Below, piece by piece: positions 19,029 through 27,118 of a stretch of DNA of 60,798 nt (position 1 is its first letter; every line of letters begins with the position of its first letter). A program made the position numbers and the translations under genes. The stretch is from the NCBI GenBank assembly GCA_045565415.1, contig JBJLFK010000001.1:1-60798 (forward strand). Direction: 5' to 3'. The notes under the pieces are model-generated. The model was not told the origin of the DNA. It saw only the letters and a program-made list of their open reading frames with translations, and made no database searches. Source of the stretch: Alphaproteobacteria bacterium (GTDB lineage: Bacteria; Pseudomonadota; Alphaproteobacteria; MED-G09).

Positions 19029-20717
19029 ATGAAAAAAGAAATAGAAGATATAGTAAAAGAACTTTGTTCACCTAGTGGTGAATTTCCAACAAAAATTATT
19101 GAACTAAATGGATATGAGCATTTAGCATTTGATTGGGGGCCAAAAACTCTTTTTGAATATTTTAATCTTTATAGAGATCATAAAGATAAAGAAATGATTG
19201 TTTATGAAGATGAAAGATGGACATATGAGGAGGCTTATAAATTCTCATCTGCTTTTGCTAATTCTTTGATCAATGATTTTAATGTAAAAAAAGGAAATAG
19301 AATTGCCATAGCGTCAAGAAATTACCCAGAATGGATTTTTAGTTTCATAGCAATAACTAGTATTGGAGCTGTTGCTGTTCCAATGAATAGTTGGTGGACA
19401 TCTAAAGAACTTGAATATGGTATTGAAGATAGTGACTCTAAGATACTGATAGTTGATGAAGAAAGATTAAATAGAATTAGCAGTCTCTCTAAAAAAAATA
19501 ATCTTAAGATTATTGTTATTAGACCTAACAACAAAAATCATAAAAATAATTGGCTATCATATTCGAGAAAATATCTTTCTGAAAAAATGCCAATATTTGA
19601 TATTAATCCTGTTGATGACGCGACAATCTTATATACTTCTGGATCAACAGGACACCCAAAGGGAGTATGCTCATCACATAGATCTATTATTTCTACTTTA
19701 CTTCAATGGATGGTAGTTGCTACGGCAAGAAATATTAAAGATAGTATAATCGCTAATGAAGACATTCAGCCTTCATGTCTTTTAACTGTACCCTTATTTC
19801 ATGTCACTGGAAGCCATGCACAGTTTATGCTTTCATTTCTATCCGGGAGGAAGATGGTCATAATGTATAAATGGGACTCAGAAAAAGCATTATCTTTAAT
19901 AGAAAAAGAAAAAATAACCACACTTAATGGTGTTCCAACTATGACATTAGAAGTTATGCGTGATGAAAGTAGAAAAAAATATAATTTATCATCATTAAAG
20001 GAGCTTTCTGGAGGAGGAGCAGCAAGACCCTCTTCTCATGTAAAAGAATTAAAAAATGAATTTCCAAATGCTTCTCCTGGTTTAGGCTATGGATTGACAG
20101 AAACCAATGCAGCCGGAGCTGTAATATCTGGGGATGATTATCTTAATAGACCTGGCTCTACTGGAAAGCCCACACCACCATTAACTAAAATTAAGATTGT
20201 TGATAGCAATAACAAAGAATGCAATGAAAATGAAGTCGGCGAAGTATGGATAAAATCAATTACTAATTTTAGTAAATATTGGAAAAATGAAAAAGCAACA
20301 AATGAGGCATTTTTTAATGATTGGTTCAGATCAGGTGATTTAGGTTATCTGGACGAGGACAATTTTTTGTATATTGTTGATAGAGCTAAAGATATAGTTA
20401 TTAGAGGTGGAGAAAATATTTCGTGCCTGGAAGTAGAAGATGTAATTAATAAACACCCTAATATCATTGAAGCAAGCGTCTATGGCATTCCTGATGAAAG
20501 ATTAGGAGAAAAGCTCTGCTGTTCAATTTCTTTAAAAGAATTAAATAACTTTGATGAAAGCGCATTCAATAGATATCTTAAAGATTACATCGCTAATTTT
20601 AAAATACCTGAATATTATGATTTACACCAAGATAAACTTCCAAGAACAGCTTCGGGTAAAATTTATAAATTAAGATTAAGAGATGAAACCAAAGCAAAAT
20701 TAAATATTACTGACTAA
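19029..20717 (+). CDS. Long-chain acyl-CoA synthetase / AMP-binding ligase
   Basis: YTSGSTGHPKG AMP-binding loop, GYGLTET, RSGDLG, DRAKDIVIRGGENI, LPRTASGKI. Confidence 0.9.
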   Translation: MKKEIEDIVKELCSPSGEFPTKIIELNGYEHLAFDWGPKTLFEYFNLYRDHKDKEMIVYEDERWTYEEAYKFSSAFANSLINDFNVKKGNRIAIASRNYPEWIFSFIAITSIGAVAVPMNSWWTSKELEYGIEDSDSKILIVDEERLNRISSLSKKNNLKIIVIRPNNKNHKNNWLSYSRKYLSEKMPIFDINPVDDATILYTSGSTGHPKGVCSSHRSIISTLLQWMVVATARNIKDSIIANEDIQPSCLLTVPLFHVTGSHAQFMLSFLSGRKMVIMYKWDSEKALSLIEKEKITTLNGVPTMTLEVMRDESRKKYNLSSLKELSGGGAARPSSHVKELKNEFPNASPGLGYGLTETNAAGAVISGDDYLNRPGSTGKPTPPLTKIKIVDSNNKECNENEVGEVWIKSITNFSKYWKNEKATNEAFFNDWFRSGDLGYLDEDNFLYIVDRAKDIVIRGGENISCLEVEDVINKHPNIIEASVYGIPDERLGEKLCCSISLKELNNFDESAFNRYLKDYIANFKIPEYYDLHQDKLPRTASGKIYKLRLRDETKAKLNITD

Positions 20718-21087
20718 ATATCCGAAAAGTTGCAGATGCGGCAGCTACTTCCTCTTTATTTTCATTACGTAAAATTGACTCTGCAAATCCGATCGATTTA
20801 CCAATTTTAATGACATTACCTTCTCCATAAAAAAGTCCAGGAGATGCAGAAGCTAAAAAAATTGTTTTAAGTTCAATTGTTGCATGTTTGTTATCATGCA
20901 TTGTGTGAAGCGCATGACCACATAACATATCTAAAGCAGTGGATAGAATACCGCCTGTTATAACATTATTTCTATTGGCAAAGCGATTATCTAATTTATA
21001 TTTGTGAATTACGTGGCCTTTTTCTATTTTTATATGCTCTCTCTCCAGTAATTCTCCAATAGGCGGTATTATAGTTAAGTCCTTCAT
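20707..21087 (-). CDS. PaaI-family hotdog thioesterase
   Basis: 126 aa; NRNNVITGGILSTALD, TIELKTIFL, GKSIGFAE. Confidence 0.75.
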   Translation of the reverse strand: MKDLTIIPPIGELLEREHIKIEKGHVIHKYKLDNRFANRNNVITGGILSTALDMLCGHALHTMHDNKHATIELKTIFLASASPGLFYGEGNVIKIGKSIGFAESILRNENKEEVAAASATFRIFSQ

Positions 21088-21199
21088 ATCAAATTCCTTT
21101 TTTTTGATATTAATAAGATAATTTGTTTTTTTAAAAAAGAAGATATTTGCTCCTTTTAGTAAGTTGATGTATGTCTAAGAAATTAAACTGAGAGAAAAA

Positions 21200-22252
21200 A
21201 TGACTATTGGAAGAAAATTTTATGAACCATTAGCTGATGGCGCTCCAAGACCTATATCAGAAATAAATAATGATTTAGAAAGAGTAATTCATTTCTTTCC
21301 TCCACATTTAAAAAAAGTTACAGACAAGTTAGATAAAATTTCAAAAAAATCAGATGTTATACTTGGTAATCTAGAAGATGGAATTTCTCCTAGAGATAAA
21401 ATTAGAGCAAGAAAAGAGTTTGTTAAAAAATCAAAAAAAATAAATCTCAGAAATACAGGCTTATGGACTAGAGTAAACGCTATATCAAGCAAGTGGTTTT
21501 TAGACGATATATCTTTTCTTATAAAAGAATTGGGCAATACTCTAGATGTTATTATGCTACCAATGATAAATACTCCTGAAGAAATTCTATTTGCTGATAG
21601 AGTTATCGCTCTTAACGAGGCTCAAAATAAGTTAAAAAAACCAATTAAAATCCATATAATTCTTGAGACAGCGGAAGGTGTGATGAATGTAGAATCTTTA
21701 GCTGCGTGCAGCCCTAGGCTTCATGGATTTAGTTTAGGCCCGGCGGATCTTGCTGCATCAAGAGGCATGAAAACCGTTAGAGTTGGCGGAAGTCATCCTG
21801 ATTATGGTATTTTATCTGATCCAAAAGATAAAATAACCAAAAGAAAATTTATTCAACAAGATCTTTGGCACTATTCCCTATCTAAAATGATAGATGCTTG
21901 TGCATCGAATAATATAAAAGCTTTTTTTGGTCCTTATGGAGATTTTGACGATGCTGAAGGATGTGAAATACAATTTAGAAATGCTTTTATTCTTGGGTGT
22001 CATGGAGCGTGGTCTCTTCATCCATCACAAATTGATATCGCAAAAAAAGTTTTTTGTCCCAGTGATGATGAGGTCGAAAAAGCAGCAAAAATTATTAAAG
22101 CGATGGGTGATGGAACTGGAGCAGTAAAAGTTGATGGTAAAATGCAAGATGAGGCGACTGTAAAACAAGCTAATGTAATTATTGAATTAGCCAAAAAAAT
22201 TAGAAAAAAGGACCCTAAATTATCAAAGAATTTTTCTAGGTATTTAACTTGA
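21200..22252 (+). CDS. mcl: Malyl-CoA/beta-methylmalyl-CoA lyase (CitE superfamily, Chloroflexus Mcl-like type)
   Basis: FYEPLADGAP, ERVIHFFPPH, GNLEDG, LWTRVN, GFSLGPADLAASRGMK, QQDLWHY, DGKMQD. Confidence 0.8.
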   Translation: MTIGRKFYEPLADGAPRPISEINNDLERVIHFFPPHLKKVTDKLDKISKKSDVILGNLEDGISPRDKIRARKEFVKKSKKINLRNTGLWTRVNAISSKWFLDDISFLIKELGNTLDVIMLPMINTPEEILFADRVIALNEAQNKLKKPIKIHIILETAEGVMNVESLAACSPRLHGFSLGPADLAASRGMKTVRVGGSHPDYGILSDPKDKITKRKFIQQDLWHYSLSKMIDACASNNIKAFFGPYGDFDDAEGCEIQFRNAFILGCHGAWSLHPSQIDIAKKVFCPSDDEVEKAAKIIKAMGDGTGAVKVDGKMQDEATVKQANVIIELAKKIRKKDPKLSKNFSRYLT

Positions 22253-22343
22253 TAGGTTAGTTAATTTAGGAATAATAATACTTACAAATTATGAGAAAGA
22301 GATTATGGTAGAACATATCTTATTAGATATTCTGGAGAATATT

Positions 22344-22670
22344 ATGGAAAGAGATGCTAAGTTTAAAATAGGTGAAATAGTTAAACATAGATTTTTATCA
22401 TTTAGAGGTGTAATTTTCGATGTTGATCCAACATTTAATAATACAGAAGAATGGTGGTTATCTATTCCTGAGGATATGAGACCAAAAAAAGATCAACCTT
22501 TTTATCATCTATTAGCAGAGAATGAAGTAACAGAATATGTCGCATATGTATCTGAACAAAATTTACTTTTTGATGAAACTGGTGAACCAGTTAGACACCC
22601 TCAAGTCAATGAGATTTTTGGTACTTTTAAGAATGGTTGTTACGAAATTCAATCCAGCAAAATGCACTAA
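22344..22670 (+). CDS. hspQ: Heat shock protein HspQ (YccV-like)
   Basis: AKFKIGEIVKHR, FRGVIFDVDP, RPKKDQPFYHLLAEN, AYVSEQNL; ATG 22344 preceded by GGAG. Confidence 0.92.
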   Translation: MERDAKFKIGEIVKHRFLSFRGVIFDVDPTFNNTEEWWLSIPEDMRPKKDQPFYHLLAENEVTEYVAYVSEQNLLFDETGEPVRHPQVNEIFGTFKNGCYEIQSSKMH

Positions 22671-22684
22671 AGGGTTTTTTAATT

Positions 22685-23404
22685 TTGATAAAAGATAGAA
22701 GACCTTACTTTATAAGAAATTTAATAGAAAATTATTATAAATTTTGGACTTATTATTTTATTAAACCCCAATTTAGATCTGTAGGTAAAAACCTTGATAT
22801 CAATAAACCTTGGAATTTAGATATATATGGAGATGATATTTTTGTAGGAAATAATGTTCATTTTAGAACTACAAAATATATTGTAACTCAAATTTGTTCA
22901 TGGAATAGAAATGATACTAATGCAAAAATACTAATTGGTGATAATGTTTTAATATCTCCCGGAGTGAGAATATTAGCAGCAGAAGAAATCTCAATCGGTA
23001 ATAATGTAATGCTAGCAAGTAATGTTTATATAAGTGACTCAGATTGGCATAATGTTTATGATAGAATTAAAACGCCAGGTAAAAGTAAAAAAATTATAAT
23101 AAAAGAAAATGCTTGGATAGGTGAAGGATCAAAAATTTCTAAAGGAGTAACAATTGGAGCTAATTCAATTATTGGTTTAGGATCAATAGTGACATCGGAT
23201 ATTCCAGATAATAAAATATACGCTGGCAATCCCGCAAAAGAAATTAAATCAATTGATATTGATAAGGAAATAAGAAAAAGAGAAGATCTTTTTATTTCTG
23301 ATGACTACAACAAATTAATGAAATATTTACTTAAAGAAGATCTAAAAAATAATTCCTTTTTAGGTTGGATTAGAGCTCTAATATTTCCAAAAAGAGGTGA
23401 TTAA
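22685..23404 (+). CDS. Hexapeptide-repeat (left-handed beta-helix) acyltransferase
   Basis: IGDNVLI / IGNNVML / IKENAWIG / IGANSIIG repeats, DSDWH, AGNPAK; start uncertain (TTG 22685 or 22637). Confidence 0.8.
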   Translation: MIKDRRPYFIRNLIENYYKFWTYYFIKPQFRSVGKNLDINKPWNLDIYGDDIFVGNNVHFRTTKYIVTQICSWNRNDTNAKILIGDNVLISPGVRILAAEEISIGNNVMLASNVYISDSDWHNVYDRIKTPGKSKKIIIKENAWIGEGSKISKGVTIGANSIIGLGSIVTSDIPDNKIYAGNPAKEIKSIDIDKEIRKREDLFISDDYNKLMKYLLKEDLKNNSFLGWIRALIFPKRGD

Positions 23405-24510
23405 AAAATAGATTTAGCCCTTTCTTCACTTATCCCCCAATCCATTAAGGCAGTTTCATTGTGCTCACCGTTTATAACTGACGGACCATTAATTTTTGAC
23501 TCCGTTCTTGAGAATCTTGGAGCAACATTTGGCTGGATAACTCCATCAATTTCTACAAATGTTTTCCTATCAATGTTGTGTTGGTGATTTGGCGCTTCAT
23601 TTATTGAAAGGACAGGACTAAAACATACATCAGTTCCTTCCATCAAATTACACCATTCATCTCTTGTTTTTGTCTTAAAAATATCTTCAATTTTATCTTT
23701 CAAAAGAGGCCATTTTTCACGGTTCATTTGATCATCAAAGTCAGGATCCTGAATACTGGCTTTTTCTAATAATAATGCATAAAATTGCGGTTCAATTGAT
23801 CCAATAGAAACATATTTTTTATCCTTAGTTTCGTAAACATCGTAAAAGTGGGCACCTGTATCTAATAAATTAGAACCACGTTTGTTTTGCCAAATTTTTG
23901 AACTTGTAAAACCATAAAACATAGACATTAATGAAGCTACACCATCAGTCATAGCACAATCAACAACTTGACCCTCACCAGAGCTATTAGCCTCATGTAG
24001 AGCTGCTAACATTCCCATAGCTAGATAAAGCGCTCCCCCGCCAAAATCACCAACAAGGTTTAAAGGTGGAATAGGTTTTTCTCCTTTTCTTCCTATAGCA
24101 TCCAATGCTCCGGTAAGAGAAATATAATTAATATCATGACCTGCAGCTTGGGAAAGACTTCCATTTTGACCCCATCCGGTCATTCTCCCATAAACTAATT
24201 TCTTGTTAACTTTAAAGCAATCTTCAGGTCCAAGACCTAGGCTTTCCATTTTACCGGGTCGCATTCCCTCTTGAAGAATATCCGCCTTCGAGACAAGGTC
24301 GAGGCAAATATCTAGATGAAGGGGATCTTTTAGATTAAGCACGACGGATTTTTTTCCTCGCCCTTCTATTATGTGTTTTGATCCTCCTTTTGGAGATCTA
24401 TCTATTCTTAACACTTCAGCACCCATATCAGCCAAAAGCATACCGCAAAAAGGGCCTGGCCCTATTCCAGCAAATTCAAGTACTTTTATATTATTCAATG
24501 GTCCACTCAT
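23401..24510 (-). CDS. CoA-transferase family III, alpha-methylacyl-CoA racemase-like
   Basis: AGIGPGPFCGMLLADMGA, GHDINY and GDFGGG motifs typical of AMACR/Mcr. Confidence 0.85.
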   Translation of the reverse strand: MSGPLNNIKVLEFAGIGPGPFCGMLLADMGAEVLRIDRSPKGGSKHIIEGRGKKSVVLNLKDPLHLDICLDLVSKADILQEGMRPGKMESLGLGPEDCFKVNKKLVYGRMTGWGQNGSLSQAAGHDINYISLTGALDAIGRKGEKPIPPLNLVGDFGGGALYLAMGMLAALHEANSSGEGQVVDCAMTDGVASLMSMFYGFTSSKIWQNKRGSNLLDTGAHFYDVYETKDKKYVSIGSIEPQFYALLLEKASIQDPDFDDQMNREKWPLLKDKIEDIFKTKTRDEWCNLMEGTDVCFSPVLSINEAPNHQHNIDRKTFVEIDGVIQPNVAPRFSRTESKINGPSVINGEHNETALMDWGISEERAKSIF

Positions 24511-24520
24511 ATTTTCTCCC

Positions 24521-25957
24521 CTAGTTGCTTTCTTGATCTATGTTAATATTAAGTTCAGTAATTTTTTTTCTCAATGTATTTCTATTTAAACCTAATAACT
24601 CAGATGCTTTCAATTGATTTCCATTCTTATTTTTTAGAACCTCCAAAAGTAAAACCTTTTCAAGCTCAGTAACAAAATAGTTATATACATCGCCCTGATA
24701 CTCTTTGTTAATTTTATTTATATTTCTTGAAAGATAATTTTCTAAAATTTTAGAAAATTGATTTTCACTATCTAACATTTGCTGATCAATCTTTTGAAGA
24801 TTTTTTATCTCTTCGGTGAGATCTTCATTCATTATACTTTCATCTGTATAAAGAGCACATAATTTTAGAATAAAATTTTCAAGCTCTCTAACATTACCGG
24901 GCCATTGATATTTCTCTAAAATTTGAAAAGATTCAGTAGTAAATTTTTTTGGCTCAAGTTTAAGATCCTTTGCTTTATCTAAAAAATGATTAACTAATTC
25001 TGGAATATCTTCTTTTCTCTCTCTGAGCGGAGGTATGCTAATTGGAACTACATTGAGTCTATAAAATAAATCTTCTCTAAATTCACCTTTCTCAATAAGA
25101 TTGGAAAGATTCTTATGAGTTGCAGCTATAATTCTTGTATCTGCTTGAATTTTTTCTTTCCCTCCAATTGGTGTAAACTCACCCTCCTGCAAAACCCTTA
25201 ACAGCCTCGTTTGAGCATCTATAGGCATATCACCAATTTCATCTAAAAATAGCGTTCCTTTTTCGGCTAATTTAAATTTACCATCACTTTTTTGATGAGC
25301 ACCTGTAAAAGATCCTTTTTCATGTCCAAAAAGTTCACTTTCAATCAAATCATTAGGAATGGCAGCCATGTTGAGAGCTATGAAAGGCTTTTCTGATCTT
25401 GTGCTATATTTATGCAAGGCTTTAGCTACCAATTCCTTTCCTGTTCCACTCTCGCCATAAATCATAACAGTAAGATCATTTTGTGATAATCTTGCTATAG
25501 ATTTGTATAAATCTTGCATAGCAGTTGATCTGCCAACAATAAGCTGTTTTTCAGACTTATTTTTTATTTTTGTTTTGTTTTTAAAATTTTTTTTACTTTC
25601 TAGTGCTTTCTTGATCAGCTTTTGAAGCTCATCCAAATCAAATGGTTTAGGCAAGTATTCATAAGCTCCTTGCTTTGTTGCAGAAATTGCTGTTTGTAAA
25701 TTATTTTTCGCACTAACCACAATTACAGGTAGGTTTTCTCTATATTCTACTATTTGAGGTAAAATATCAAAAAGCTCGCCATCAGGAAGCATCACATCAG
25801 TAATCAGGACATCCCCCTTATTACTTTCGATTAATTTCCATAACTCTTTAAGGTTAGATGCCATAAAAATCTCATAGCCCAAGTCTTGAAGGTATCTAGA
25901 AGTGACCAATCTAATAGACTCGTCATCCTCAGCTATTATTAAAGTTTTGTTACTCAT
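24521..25957 (-). CDS. ntrC: Nitrogen regulation protein NtrC
   Basis: Receiver (EDD, TDVMLP, KPFD), AAA+ GESGTGKE, ESELFGHEKGSFTGA, WPGNVRELEN, HTH LGLNRNTLRKK. Confidence 0.95.
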   Translation of the reverse strand: MSNKTLIIAEDDESIRLVTSRYLQDLGYEIFMASNLKELWKLIESNKGDVLITDVMLPDGELFDILPQIVEYRENLPVIVVSAKNNLQTAISATKQGAYEYLPKPFDLDELQKLIKKALESKKNFKNKTKIKNKSEKQLIVGRSTAMQDLYKSIARLSQNDLTVMIYGESGTGKELVAKALHKYSTRSEKPFIALNMAAIPNDLIESELFGHEKGSFTGAHQKSDGKFKLAEKGTLFLDEIGDMPIDAQTRLLRVLQEGEFTPIGGKEKIQADTRIIAATHKNLSNLIEKGEFREDLFYRLNVVPISIPPLRERKEDIPELVNHFLDKAKDLKLEPKKFTTESFQILEKYQWPGNVRELENFILKLCALYTDESIMNEDLTEEIKNLQKIDQQMLDSENQFSKILENYLSRNINKINKEYQGDVYNYFVTELEKVLLLEVLKNKNGNQLKASELLGLNRNTLRKKITELNINIDQESN

Positions 25958-25958
25958 A

Positions 25959-27044
25959 TTATAACTCCGACATTAATCTAATAATAAATTTTGTTCCTTG
26001 ATCAGTTAAATCAAGCTCAATAGATCCATTATGATCGCTAACAATTTTAGAAACTATTGATAACCCAAGCCCTCCTTGACCAATTTTCTTAGTGCTTACA
26101 AATGGTTGAAAAATTTCTTGTGATATTGAGGCTGGAATACCAGGCCCATTATCCATCACAGAAATTTTAATTGGTAATTTTACTTTTTCTTCACTTAATT
26201 TTTCTTTAACAATGAATCCATGCTCATAATTAGTTGATAAGATAATTTCATTATCAGAATCTGATTCATTGCTAAATGCCTCTATTGAGTTTTTAATAAG
26301 ATTAATAAATACTTGAATCAATTGATCTTCATTACCAATAACATCTGGAATTGAAGGATCAAATGCTTCTGTTATTTTTATTTTCTTTTCACTTGAATTA
26401 ATCATAACATCTTTAACATGTCGTAAAATTGAATGAATATTAATTGGCTTTAAATCGATAGGAATTGATGCATCAAAAACTTGAAGGTTATCTACCAGTC
26501 TTTTAATTCTATCTACTTCATTTATTATAAGATCAGTCATAACAATTTCATTATTTTCAATATTCTTCTCTAAAATCTGTGCAGCTCCCCTAATACCAGC
26601 CAGAGGGTTTTTAACTTCATGCGCAAGAATTTGAGACATATTTGACATTGCTATTTTATTTTTCTGATTTTCATTTTGAAATATTAATTTTTTTTCATTA
26701 AAACCCTCTATTAAAATAATTTGATAGTAGTTATCTGACCCTATTACTGGAGTCACCTCAACATCTACATCCTTATGAGAGCCAGAAATTGGAGTTGATA
26801 AATCAATTCTATATTCTTTAAAAGTTGAGTCTGTATTAAGAGCATTATCTATCAAAGATAAAATTGGAGATGAAAAAGGAAGAATACTTTCGATCGATTT
26901 TTCTAACAGCACTTTAGAGCTTAAATTAAAAAAGTCTTCGGCAGCTGAATTAATCATATTTATAATCTTATTTTTATTAATTATAATAATTGGAAAGGTA
27001 ATTGAATTTATGACTTGCTTATGTATATTAGTATCGTTAATCAT
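25959..27044 (-). CDS. ntrB: Nitrogen regulation sensor kinase NtrB
   Basis: PAS-like N-terminus, LAHEVKNPLAGIRGAAQ H-box, DNGPGIP, GLGL. Confidence 0.93.
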   Translation of the reverse strand: MINDTNIHKQVINSITFPIIIINKNKIINMINSAAEDFFNLSSKVLLEKSIESILPFSSPILSLIDNALNTDSTFKEYRIDLSTPISGSHKDVDVEVTPVIGSDNYYQIILIEGFNEKKLIFQNENQKNKIAMSNMSQILAHEVKNPLAGIRGAAQILEKNIENNEIVMTDLIINEVDRIKRLVDNLQVFDASIPIDLKPINIHSILRHVKDVMINSSEKKIKITEAFDPSIPDVIGNEDQLIQVFINLIKNSIEAFSNESDSDNEIILSTNYEHGFIVKEKLSEEKVKLPIKISVMDNGPGIPASISQEIFQPFVSTKKIGQGGLGLSIVSKIVSDHNGSIELDLTDQGTKFIIRLMSEL

Positions 27045-27050
27045 TATAAT

Positions 27051-27095
27051 TGCCTAATTTTTAAGCATTTATATATTATGCCTAATAATTAGGCA
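27051..27095. promoter_or_regulatory. Two tandem NtrC-type boxes (TGC-N11-GCA)
   Basis: TGCCTAATTTTTAAGCA (27051-27067) and palindromic TGCCTAATAATTAGGCA (27079-27095) immediately upstream of ntrB. Confidence 0.75.
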
Positions 27096-27118
27096 AATTA
27101 TGTTTCTAAAAAAAGTAT

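Noticed and set aside
18990-24510. tRNA-Ser as the integration site of a genomic island
   Set aside because: No integrase, no duplicated tRNA 3' end seen and no obvious compositional shift downstream
25295-25320. NtrC GSFTGA rather than GAFTGA
   Set aside because: Common variant in enhancer-binding proteins; not evidence of sigma54 independence
27059-27086. dif-like site (TATATA-TTATGCCTAAT)
   Set aside because: The XerD-like arm is only a partial match, the XerC arm does not fit, and the NtrC-box pair explains the sequence better
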